A DNA stretch of 64,000 nt, taken from the NCBI GenBank assembly GCA_965227515.1, contig CBDDFZ010000001.1:768001-832000 (forward strand), written 5' to 3'. The DNA is from Alphaproteobacteria bacterium. GTDB taxonomy: Bacteria > Pseudomonadota > Alphaproteobacteria > CALKHQ01. Shown here piece by piece: positions 19,324-29,364 of this stretch (its first letter is position 1; the number at the start of each line of letters is the position of its first letter). Below the pieces are notes generated by a model that had not been told where the DNA came from, ran no database searches, and saw only the letters and a program-made list of their open reading frames with translations. The position numbers and the translations under genes are program-made.

Positions 19324-20658
19324 ATGAACGGTGTGCGGATCGGGCTCGGCATGGCGGCGGCTGCCGTCGGGCTGGCGATGTCGGCTGGGGCGGCCCAGGC
19401 GTTTTGCGGGTTCTACGTGGCCCAGGCGGGCACCGACCTGTTCAACGAGGCGTCCAAGGTCATCTACGTGCGCGACGGCGACCGCTCGGTCATCACCATG
19501 GCCAACGACTATCAGGGCGAGCTGACCGAGTTCGCGCTGGTGGTGCCGGTGCCCACGGTGCTGCGCGAGCAGGACATCGACGTGGTCGACCCGGCGGTCA
19601 TCGACCACCTGGACGCCTACACCGCGCCGCGACTGGTCGAGTATCACGATTTCGACCCGTGTGAGCCATTGCCGCTGCCGACCGTTGGCGCGACCTCTGC
19701 ACCGGAAATGGTCGACAGCGCGCCATCGCTCGGTGCCGCCGGCCTCGGCGTGACCATCGAGGCCGAGTACACCGTCGGCGAGTACGACATTCTCATTCTG
19801 TCGGCCGCCGAGAGTGCCGGCCTGCAACTGTGGCTTTCGGCCAACGGCTATCAGGTGCCGCCCCAGGCCGAGCCGGTGCTGGCTGACTACATCTCCGCCG
19901 GCATGAAGTTCTTCGTCGCGCGGGTGAACCTGAAGGAGCAGTCGGCGCTGGGCTACAGCTATTTGCGGCCATTGCAGATCTCGACCGTCTCGCCGGAGTT
20001 CATGCTGCCGATCCGCCTCGGCATGGTGAACGCGAAGGGCCCGCAGGAGCTGTTCGTGTTCATGCTGAACCGCACCGGCCAGGTGGTGACCGTGCATACC
20101 CCGACGGTGCAACTGCCGACCGGCTCCAACGTGCCGCTCTACGTCGCCGACAATTTCGACGACTTCTACCTCGCGATGTTCGACCAGCAGGTGGAGCGCA
20201 ACAACATGCGCTCGGTGTTCATGGAGTACGCGTGGGACATGGCGTGGTGTGATCCCTGCGCGGCCGATCCCCTGTCCGCCAGCGAGCTCAGCCAGCTTGG
20301 CGTGTGGTGGGCCGATGGCGGCGACGGCCAGGCGCCCGACGTGTTCGTCACCCGGCTGCACCTGCGCTACTCCGCCGAGTCCTTCGCCAACGACCTGGTG
20401 TTCCGCGAGACCGGCAATCGCGACAACTTCCAGGGCCGCTATGTGCTGAACCATCCGTTCCGCGGGCCGGCCACCTGCGAGGCCGCGGAGTCATACTTCC
20501 GCAGCCTGCCCAGCCGGTTCGAGACCGAGGCGCAGTCGCTGGCGCAGCTTACCGGCTGGTCGATCAACGAGATCCGCCGCCAGATGGAGGCGAATGGCCA
20601 GCCGTTCGATGCCCATCGCGCCGCCGATGACGACGACTTCTGGGACGACCACCAATAG
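19324..20658 (+). CDS. DUF2330-family exported protein
   Basis: Signal peptide then FCGFYV; APRLVEYHD; EYAWD..WCDPC. Confidence 0.8.
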   Translation: MNGVRIGLGMAAAAVGLAMSAGAAQAFCGFYVAQAGTDLFNEASKVIYVRDGDRSVITMANDYQGELTEFALVVPVPTVLREQDIDVVDPAVIDHLDAYTAPRLVEYHDFDPCEPLPLPTVGATSAPEMVDSAPSLGAAGLGVTIEAEYTVGEYDILILSAAESAGLQLWLSANGYQVPPQAEPVLADYISAGMKFFVARVNLKEQSALGYSYLRPLQISTVSPEFMLPIRLGMVNAKGPQELFVFMLNRTGQVVTVHTPTVQLPTGSNVPLYVADNFDDFYLAMFDQQVERNNMRSVFMEYAWDMAWCDPCAADPLSASELSQLGVWWADGGDGQAPDVFVTRLHLRYSAESFANDLVFRETGNRDNFQGRYVLNHPFRGPATCEAAESYFRSLPSRFETEAQSLAQLTGWSINEIRRQMEANGQPFDAHRAADDDDFWDDHQ

Positions 20659-21163
20659 CGATGGGGCGCCAGCGGCGGTTCGGATCAGGGCGGCCGCCGC
20701 GCCCGACGCCGATGCGCTGACCGCCCTGGCCCGCCGGTCGAAGGCGGCCTGGGGCTATCCGCCCGAGATGACCGCCCGGTTCGCGGCCGAACTGACGGTG
20801 ACGCCGGAGTTGATCGCGCAGGGGCACACCTTCGTTGCGCAGTGCCCCGACGGCGGCCCGGTTCTCGGCTTCTATGAGCTTGCGATGCTGGGCGATGGCC
20901 AAGCCGAAATCGGCTTCATGTTCATCGACCCGGCCCATATGCGCGCCGGCATCGGCCGCGCGCTGTGGGCGCACATGGTCGCCCATGCCGCGTCCCAGGA
21001 CGTGCGGGTCATCGAGATCGACGCCGACCCCAACGCCGCCGGCTTCTATCGCGCCATGGGCGCGGTCGACCGTGGCGCACGGCCCTCTGCCAGCATTCCC
21101 GGCCGTATGCTGCCGTATCTCGCGTACAAGGTGTCCGCCCAGGACCCCAAGACTCGAATGTAA
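20594..21163 (+). CDS. GNAT N-acetyltransferase (start uncertain)
   Basis: RSKAAWGY; FIDP.HMRAGIGRAL; ADPNAAGFY. Confidence 0.85.
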   Translation: MASRSMPIAPPMTTTSGTTTNSDGAPAAVRIRAAAAPDADALTALARRSKAAWGYPPEMTARFAAELTVTPELIAQGHTFVAQCPDGGPVLGFYELAMLGDGQAEIGFMFIDPAHMRAGIGRALWAHMVAHAASQDVRVIEIDADPNAAGFYRAMGAVDRGARPSASIPGRMLPYLAYKVSAQDPKTRM

Positions 21164-21279
21164 TAAAACAGCAACGAGTTGAGATTTGCGGGCGCGTTTG
21201 ACTGCAAAGCGATTGATGTTCCGGCTGTCATCCGCTAAAATACATTGATACTGAAGAAGATATTTCAGGAGTCATTGGC

Positions 21280-22425
21280 ATGCGCATCGCGGCCTTCAAT
21301 GTCGAGAACCTGTTCGATCGCGCCAAGGTATTCAACGACACCGACCCCACGGCCCATCAGGACGTGTTGGACGCCCATGCGGCCCTGAACAAGCTGTTCG
21401 AAAAACCGGCCTACAGCGATGCCGACAAGGCGCGCATGCTCCAGTTGTTCGACACGCTCGGCATTCTGAAACGCGACGAGGGCCGGTTCGTCCATTTGCG
21501 CAAGATCCGCGGCAGGATCGTCACCCGGCCCCGCAGCGGCCCGCCGCGCATCGTCGCCGACGGACGCGACGACTGGGTCGGCTGGGTCGAACTGAAGACC
21601 GAGCCGGTGAACGAGGTCGCGATGATGAACACCGCCCGCATGGTGCGCGACGCTGCGGCGGACGTGCTGGCGGTGGTGGAGGCGGAAAGCCGCGTGGTGC
21701 TGAAGGAGTTCCACGACATGGTGCTGACCGAGGTCGGGGTGCCTGCCGGCCAGGGGTACCGGCATATCATGGTGATCGACGGCAATGACGGGCGTGGCAT
21801 CGACGTCGGCCTTGCCACCCGCGACGGCTATCCGATCGGCTGCATGCGCAGCCACGTCGACGACCTGAAGCCGGACGGTCAGCCGATCTTCAGCCGTGAC
21901 TGCCCGGAATATGAGGTGACGACGCCGTCGGGCGCGCGGTTGGTGGTGCTGCCCAATCACTTCAAGTCGAAGTACGGCGGCAACGACGCCGCCAGCCGCT
22001 ACAAGCGCCGCGCGCAGGCCGAGGCCACCGCCAACTACTACCGGCGTTTGCGCGACGAGGGCTTCGACAATGTGATCGTGCTGGGCGATTTGAACGACAC
22101 GCCGGACAGCGAGGAGTTGGCGCCGCTGCTCTCAGGCACCGACCTGAAGGACGTGTCCGGGCACCCGTACTTCACCGCGTTCCAGTTCCGCGCCGACAAC
22201 GGCCATCGCGGCATCGGCACCCATGGGCTGGGCAACGACAACACCAAGATCGACTATCTGCTGCTGTCGCCGGCCCTGTACGGGCGCGTGACCCTGGGCG
22301 GGCTGGAGCGGCGAGGCATCTGGCCCGGCAAGCGGGTCAAGCGGTGGGACACCTATCCGCAGCTGAGATACGAGCACCACGCCGCATCCGACCATCACCT
22401 GATCTGGGCGGACATCGACATTTGA
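21280..22425 (+). CDS. Endonuclease/exonuclease/phosphatase family protein
   Basis: FNVENLF; GNDGRGIDV; NHFKS; GDLND; IDY; SDH. Confidence 0.9.
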   Translation: MRIAAFNVENLFDRAKVFNDTDPTAHQDVLDAHAALNKLFEKPAYSDADKARMLQLFDTLGILKRDEGRFVHLRKIRGRIVTRPRSGPPRIVADGRDDWVGWVELKTEPVNEVAMMNTARMVRDAAADVLAVVEAESRVVLKEFHDMVLTEVGVPAGQGYRHIMVIDGNDGRGIDVGLATRDGYPIGCMRSHVDDLKPDGQPIFSRDCPEYEVTTPSGARLVVLPNHFKSKYGGNDAASRYKRRAQAEATANYYRRLRDEGFDNVIVLGDLNDTPDSEELAPLLSGTDLKDVSGHPYFTAFQFRADNGHRGIGTHGLGNDNTKIDYLLLSPALYGRVTLGGLERRGIWPGKRVKRWDTYPQLRYEHHAASDHHLIWADIDI

Positions 22426-22482
22426 CGTTGCCCGCGCCGCATGCGGAGATGTGCACCTGCCACTTCACTGCGGACGAGCATC

Positions 22483-23379
22483 ATGACCGAACCACGCTTC
22501 CCAGATGGCGTCGCCTATGTACGCGGCGACTACCGGCCGATGGCCGAGGCGACGATCTCGGTGCTCGACTGGGGCTTTCTGCGCTCCGACGCCACCTATG
22601 ACGTGGTGCACGTCTGGCAACGGCGCTTCTTCCGGCCCGATGCCCATGTCGACCGCTTCCTGCGCTCCTTGGAACGGCTGCGGCTCAGCCTGCCGGTGGA
22701 CCGCGACGGGCTGATCGACATCCTGAAGACCTGCACCGCCAAGGCCGGCCACGACGACGCCTATGTCGAGATGATCTGCACCCGCGGGTTCTCGCCCACC
22801 TTCAGCCGCGACCCGCGCGATGCCGACAACCAACTGATCGTGTTCGCGATCCCGTTCGGGTGGATTCTGCGGCCGGAGGAACGCGACCGTGGCCTCGACA
22901 TCATCATCAGCGACATCCCGCGCATCCCGCCCGCGTCCGTCGACCCGACGGTGAAGAACTATCACTGGCTGGACCTGGTGATGGGGCTCTACGACGCCTA
23001 TGACAAGGGCGCCAGCAACGTGGTGCTGGGCGATGGCGCCGGCAACGTCACCGAAGGGCCGGGCTTCAACGTGTTCGCGGTCCAGGGCGGCGCGGTGGCG
23101 ACGCCCGCCGTCGGCACCCTGGAAGGCATCACCCGCGACACCACGCTGAAGCTCTGCGCCGAGCTCGGCATCCCGGCGGAGACGCGGCTGGTGTCCGCCG
23201 ACGAGCTGCGCGGGGCCGACGAAGTGTTCATCACCTCGACCGCAGGCGGCATTATCCCCGTCACCCGCATCGACGGTGCGGCGGTGGGCGATGGGGCAGC
23301 GGGGCCGGTCTATCGCCGGCTGGTCGACCTCTATTGGGCGAAGCACACCGATCCGGCCTGGACGACGCCGGTGGACTGA
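22483..23379 (+). CDS. Class IV PLP aminotransferase, R-selective amine transaminase-like
   Basis: DWGFLRSDATYDVVHVW; VKNYHWLDL; EGPGFN; GITR; TAGG. Confidence 0.85.
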   Translation: MTEPRFPDGVAYVRGDYRPMAEATISVLDWGFLRSDATYDVVHVWQRRFFRPDAHVDRFLRSLERLRLSLPVDRDGLIDILKTCTAKAGHDDAYVEMICTRGFSPTFSRDPRDADNQLIVFAIPFGWILRPEERDRGLDIIISDIPRIPPASVDPTVKNYHWLDLVMGLYDAYDKGASNVVLGDGAGNVTEGPGFNVFAVQGGAVATPAVGTLEGITRDTTLKLCAELGIPAETRLVSADELRGADEVFITSTAGGIIPVTRIDGAAVGDGAAGPVYRRLVDLYWAKHTDPAWTTPVD

Positions 23380-23469
23380 ACGGCAACGGCTCCAGCAGGC
23401 TGCTGGATTCCGTAATTCGCCACAATTTGTTGCTAGAGCGCGCTTGCGGCTCCAGCAGGAGTGCAGACC

Positions 23470-24189
23470 ATGCCAGTTCTCAGCAGACGAGCATTCGTTG
23501 GCGGCAGCATCGCGGCCATGGGCCTCGCAGGCTCAGGTGCGGGCGCCCTGGCCGCCGGTTATGAAACATACGGTGACCTGCCCTGGTGGGTGCACCGGCT
23601 CGACGTTCTCGCGACGCTGCTGCGCAATGGCGGGATCGACCGCGAATATTGGCAGGGCAGCATGGAGGATGAGCTCCACGCCGTGGCGTTCGATAGTTTC
23701 GCCGCCGACATCGGTTTTGACCGGTTGCGACAAGACGCAACGTTCGCGGCGCGCGGACCTGCGCGCATTCCGATTGATTTTGACGGATTGGATCGCGCAC
23801 TCAATGTCGCGTTCGAGCTGGTTGCCCTCGATACCGGTCGCGGCATCGCACCCCATTTTCACAGCAATCGGGTTTGGGCGCAGGTCACATTGGCCGGCGC
23901 GTTCCATGTCCGCCGCTTCACCACGCTTGAGCAAGACGCCGAGACGGTCTTGCTCGATCGCCACATGGACATCGTTCTGGGCGACTACACGATCCTGTCG
24001 TACGGCGCAGGCCACGGCAACGTTGCCTGGCAGGTCGCCACCGACCCCACATTCCTGCTGGAAATGAGCGTCACGCTGCCGGGCGACGAGATCTCGTACG
24101 TGGATATCGAGGCCGCGACGGAAGTGGAGGATGAGCGTCTACGCGCGCCACTGATCGACGATGCAACCGCGCTGGCGAAATACGGCTGA
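23470..24189 (+). CDS. Tat-exported cupin-like protein
   Basis: SRRAFV Tat signal; PHFHSN HxH motif. Confidence 0.55.
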   Translation: MPVLSRRAFVGGSIAAMGLAGSGAGALAAGYETYGDLPWWVHRLDVLATLLRNGGIDREYWQGSMEDELHAVAFDSFAADIGFDRLRQDATFAARGPARIPIDFDGLDRALNVAFELVALDTGRGIAPHFHSNRVWAQVTLAGAFHVRRFTTLEQDAETVLLDRHMDIVLGDYTILSYGAGHGNVAWQVATDPTFLLEMSVTLPGDEISYVDIEAATEVEDERLRAPLIDDATALAKYG

Positions 24190-24214
24190 GGTCCGATCAC
24201 GTTTTCCGCGGCCG

Positions 24215-24243
24215 TTGACTATGTAAGCAAGTGCTTACATATT
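24215..24243 (+). promoter_or_regulatory. Sigma70-like promoter overlapped by a perfect 10-2-10 palindrome
   Basis: TTGACT-N17-CATATT; TATGTAAGCA-AG-TGCTTACATA at 24220-24241. Confidence 0.7.
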
Positions 24244-24264
24244 GGTGCAAGGAGGACTTGCACC

Positions 24265-24951
24265 ATGATCAGTCTGCACGACCGCCGCTATCCCGGCGAA
24301 ACCGATGCCTACCGCGCGGCCCGCGACGCCCTGCTGGCCGAGGAGATGGCGCTGCGCCGCCAGGTCGAAGCCGTGGCGCGGCACCGCCGCGACATGCCGC
24401 TCGGCGGGCGGGTGGCCCGGGACTATGTCTTTTCAGACGCTCGTGTCGGCGGCGATGGCGGCGCGGTCGCATTCAGCGCGCTATTTCAGGACGGCAAGGA
24501 TTCGCTGGTCGTCTACAGCCTGATGTACCGGTCCGGCGCCAAGCCGTGCCCGATGTGCACCGCGTTCCTGGACAGCCTGAACGGCAATGCCGTGCACATC
24601 CGCCAGCGGGTCAACCTGGCGGTGGTGGCGCGTGCCTCGGTCGGGGAGCTGCAGGACTTCGCGGCATCACGCGGCTGGGACCGCCTGCCGCTGCTGTCCT
24701 CGGCCGACAACACCTACAACACGGACTACTTCGCCGAAGCGCCGGATGGCGACCAGCTGCCGGCGCTGAACGTGTTCGAGCGCACCGGCGACGGCATCTT
24801 CCACACCTACGGCACCGAGATGTTCTTCGTCAGCCCGGAAGCGGGACAGCATCCGCGCCATGTCGATGCGCTGTGGCCGCTGTGGAATGTGTTCGACCTG
24901 ACCCGCGCCGGCCGCGGGGAGAACTGGTGGCCACAGCCGAGCTACGGGTAG
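24265..24951 (+). CDS. DUF899 thioredoxin-like protein
   Basis: R..LL.EE..LRR..E.VA..RR; CPMC; WNVFDLT..GRG. Confidence 0.85.
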   Translation: MISLHDRRYPGETDAYRAARDALLAEEMALRRQVEAVARHRRDMPLGGRVARDYVFSDARVGGDGGAVAFSALFQDGKDSLVVYSLMYRSGAKPCPMCTAFLDSLNGNAVHIRQRVNLAVVARASVGELQDFAASRGWDRLPLLSSADNTYNTDYFAEAPDGDQLPALNVFERTGDGIFHTYGTEMFFVSPEAGQHPRHVDALWPLWNVFDLTRAGRGENWWPQPSYG

Positions 24952-24976
24952 GGCAGCGGCGCGACCGCATGGAAAT

Positions 24977-25020
24977 GGGAGAGGGCTGGCGCAGATTCAG
25001 CGTAAGCTGATCCCGGTCTA
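24977..25020. repeat. Repeat terminus shared with 38429-38472
   Basis: Reverse complement is 41/44 identical to 38429-38472 by manual alignment. Confidence 0.85.
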
Positions 25021-25779
25021 AGCCGCCTTGCGGGAATCGCTCTGGCCGCTGACCGTCACGACCTTCATGCCGATGTTGGTGAAGATCGCCTTGCGCACCG
25101 CGGCCATGGTGTGGGCCTCGCCTGCGCCAAGCGGCGTGTCGATGGTGATGACCCGGCCGACGTGGTCACCGCCCCAGAAAGCGGCACTGACGATGTCGGA
25201 GCTCATGCGCAGATTGATGCCCCAGCTCTCGCCCAGGTGCTTGCCGCGCGCGATGCTCTGCGCGATCTGGCTGAACACCGGGAACGCCAGACTGCCGCCG
25301 GGCATGTACCAGACCAGGCGGCGCGCCGTCTTGGCCCAGCTCTCGTCGACGTTGGTCGCCATCGGCGGCGCGTTGAAGGTGACGAACGGCACCTTCGCCT
25401 GGTAGCCGACCACTTGCGCCAGCCCGCCGCCCAGCGAGTGGCCGCAGATCGAGATCGTCTTGGTGCCGAATTTCGCCTGCGCGAAGGCCAGCAACTGGGT
25501 CGCCGGCGTCACCTGTTTCGGTAGCTGGCCGACCGCGAGCCGGATGTCGGCGGCCACGTCCATCAGGCCCTGGCGCATGCCCTTCTCGGTCTCGGTGCCC
25601 TTGAACGCCACCACGCAGTCGCCGCCACGGATGTAGATGGCGCCCTTGAAGCCCTCCACCGGGTCGGTGACCATTCGCGCGCACTCGAAGCCAGGGACCA
25701 GCGTGTCGCCGCCGCCGATTTCCGAGACTTGGTAGACCTTCGAACAAATGTGGGCGTACTCGTTGAGCATCAGGGCCAT
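25018..25779 (-). CDS. Class 3 lipase-like alpha/beta hydrolase
   Basis: VVAFKGT; GHSLGGGLA (GxSxG); TFNAP; AGGAGG RBS. Confidence 0.8.
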   Translation of the reverse strand: MALMLNEYAHICSKVYQVSEIGGGDTLVPGFECARMVTDPVEGFKGAIYIRGGDCVVAFKGTETEKGMRQGLMDVAADIRLAVGQLPKQVTPATQLLAFAQAKFGTKTISICGHSLGGGLAQVVGYQAKVPFVTFNAPPMATNVDESWAKTARRLVWYMPGGSLAFPVFSQIAQSIARGKHLGESWGINLRMSSDIVSAAFWGGDHVGRVITIDTPLGAGEAHTMAAVRKAIFTNIGMKVVTVSGQSDSRKAA

Positions 25780-25942
25780 GGCCACCTCCTGCGCCGGCGG
25801 ATCGCGATACCGGCGCAGGCTACGCCCAATTCATTGTGCAATTGCTGATGCTGGCCCGAAATGTGGAGATGCATGCACCGGCGTTGGTGCGCCGGCAGCG
25901 GGGGCGTAGAATTACGGTCGCGCCGTAGTGGGAGGCTCGCGA

Positions 25943-27817
25943 ATGCCGGTGGACGTGCCACAAGGACCGCCTGATGTGCCAGCGGCGGCCGCGCCTCCGC
26001 GCAAGCGCGTGCGCGTCGGGCCGTTCTCGATCTCCGTCACCCTGGCAACGAGCATTGGCCTGCTGGTGTTTGCCGCCGCCGCGGCGGTGCTGGTGATCGG
26101 CTTCAACACGGGCCGTCAGAACACGCTCGACCTGTTGAACGACCGCTCGATCGAGATGGTTGCAACCATCGAGACCGGCGTGCGCAACCACCTGGAGCCG
26201 GCGCGCGATCAGGTCGAGTGGCTGGTTTCGCTGGTCGAGAGCAAGCGCGTCGACCCGCGTACCGATGCGCAGCGGTTCGTCGACATGATGGTCGGTGGGC
26301 TGGCGGCGACGCCGCAAACCACAGCACTTGTCTATGTCGATGCCGATCTGCAGGAAATGTCGGTCGCGCGAAACGGCGACACGCGCGAAGCCGACCGCAG
26401 CCGCGATGACATGATGATCGCGCTGCAGGAACGGGCGCGGGCCGATGGAGAACCGTTCTGGGGCCCGCTGACCTATGTGCCCCCGCCGTCCGACATCTCG
26501 TACGTCAACTACCTGCACCCGATCTACGTCGACGGCGCCTATGTTGGTGTGCTGGCCAGCGTGATCTCGATTTCCGAGATGTCGCTGCTGGTCACCGATG
26601 TCGGCGGCCTTTACGACGCGACGGCATTCATCCTGTACGGCGAAGACCGTGTGCTCGCTCATCCCAACCTGACCGGCGGACACGCGGACCTCAGCCCCGA
26701 CAATCCGGCGGTTGCACTGGATCGGGTCGGCGACCTGGTGCTGGCCGGCGCGCCCGGACGCGAGCCGATGGAGCAGTTCGAGCCGGCTGCGCTGGCCGGT
26801 GTCGAGGTCAGCGACGTCGGGCTGCCCGATGGCACCCACATCATGTTCCGCAAGCGCATCGACGGGTTCGGCCATACGCCGTTGGTCATCGGTGCCCACG
26901 CGCCGATCAATGTGGTGGACGAGCAGATGCGCCGGCTGATCGATTCCGGTGTGGCCGGGCTGATCGTGCTCGCCGTGGCGCTGGTGGCCGCCATCGTGCT
27001 CGGCAAGATGATCGCGCGGCCGATCCGCCGGGCGGCGGAAATCGCCGGCAGGATCGGCGACATGGACCTGGAGGGCGTCAGGCCGATGCCGCCCAGCATG
27101 ATCCGTGAGCTGAACGAGCAGGGCGTCGCCTTCAACCGCATGCTGGTCGGCCTGCGGTGGTTCGAGGCCTATGTGCCGCGCCGGCTGGTGCGCCGCCTGA
27201 TCCGCCGCGGCCAGGACGTGCAGTCGATGGAGCGGGACCTGACCATCATGTTCACCGACATCGTCGGCTTCACCACGATGGCCGAGGACATGCCCGCCGG
27301 CGACATCGCCGACGAGTTGAACGCGCATTTCCAGTTGCTGGCCGACGCCGTAGAGGCCGAGGGCGGCACCATCGACAAGTTCATCGGCGATGCGCTGATG
27401 GCGTTCTGGGGCGCTCCGGACGACATGGACGACCATGGTGCGCGTGGGTTGCGGGCGGTGCGGGCGATGGCGGTGGCGGTGAACGCCGACAACGCCCGGC
27501 GGCGCGCGGCGGGAAAGCCGGCGGTTCGGGTGCGCATCGGCCTTCACACCGGCCCGGTCGTGGTTGGCAATATCGGCGTGCCGAGCCGGATGAACTACAC
27601 CATCGTCGGCGATGCGGTGAACACGGCGCAGCGCATCGAGGCGCTGGGCAAGCAGTATGACGACGGCGCCGACGTGACCGTGCTTGTCAGCGCGGCGACG
27701 GCCCGCGCCGCGGGCGAAGCTGCCGCGGACCTGGAGGCGCTGGGCGACGTGGAGCTGAAGGGCCGCAGCCATGCCATCGGCGTCCTGCGCTGCCGAACCG
27801 CCGATCCGGCGGCATAG
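25943..27817 (+). CDS. Membrane class III adenylate/guanylate cyclase (periplasmic sensor plus HAMP)
   Basis: Two TM segments; MFTDIVGFT; KFIGDALM; GNIG; YTIVGDAVNTAQR. Confidence 0.92.
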   Translation: MPVDVPQGPPDVPAAAAPPRKRVRVGPFSISVTLATSIGLLVFAAAAAVLVIGFNTGRQNTLDLLNDRSIEMVATIETGVRNHLEPARDQVEWLVSLVESKRVDPRTDAQRFVDMMVGGLAATPQTTALVYVDADLQEMSVARNGDTREADRSRDDMMIALQERARADGEPFWGPLTYVPPPSDISYVNYLHPIYVDGAYVGVLASVISISEMSLLVTDVGGLYDATAFILYGEDRVLAHPNLTGGHADLSPDNPAVALDRVGDLVLAGAPGREPMEQFEPAALAGVEVSDVGLPDGTHIMFRKRIDGFGHTPLVIGAHAPINVVDEQMRRLIDSGVAGLIVLAVALVAAIVLGKMIARPIRRAAEIAGRIGDMDLEGVRPMPPSMIRELNEQGVAFNRMLVGLRWFEAYVPRRLVRRLIRRGQDVQSMERDLTIMFTDIVGFTTMAEDMPAGDIADELNAHFQLLADAVEAEGGTIDKFIGDALMAFWGAPDDMDDHGARGLRAVRAMAVAVNADNARRRAAGKPAVRVRIGLHTGPVVVGNIGVPSRMNYTIVGDAVNTAQRIEALGKQYDDGADVTVLVSAATARAAGEAAADLEALGDVELKGRSHAIGVLRCRTADPAA

Positions 27818-27855
27818 CGTCCCCGGCGGCATAGCGTCCCCGGCGGCATAGCGTC
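27806..27855. repeat. Tandem repeat, 17-bp unit CCGGCGGCATAGCGTCC x3, containing the cyclase stop codon
   Basis: Read directly. Confidence 0.9.
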
Positions 27856-27931
27856 ATTGTGTCGTTACGCGGTGCGCCGTTCGTACGGTGTGATAGGTTG
27901 CCGCCAGACAGGGATGCGCCGGGGAGGCACG

Positions 27932-29187
<1,256 letters not shown>

Positions 29188-29215
29188 TGACGCGGCATAT
29201 GCCCACCTTCTCCGA

Positions 29216-29339
29216 CGTCATTGCGAGGAGCGCCGCGCAATGAAGTGGAGCGGTGCGACGCGGCAATCCAGAGCGACGTTGGTTTCGGCGCGGCAATCGC
29301 CTGGATCGCCACGCCCGCTTATGCGGGCTCGCGATGACG
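29216..29339. repeat. CGTC-type REP-like palindromic dyad
   Basis: cgtcattgcgag...gcaatcc ... ggatcgcc...ctcgcgatgacg terminal inverted repeat. Confidence 0.75.
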
Positions 29340-29364
29340 GGTGGGGTGGTGGGGGACCACACCC

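Noticed and set aside
23387-23459. 13-bp direct repeat CGGCTCCAGCAGG spaced 60 bp apart
   Set aside because: Only two copies around a short AT-richer spacer; no element or function can be supported
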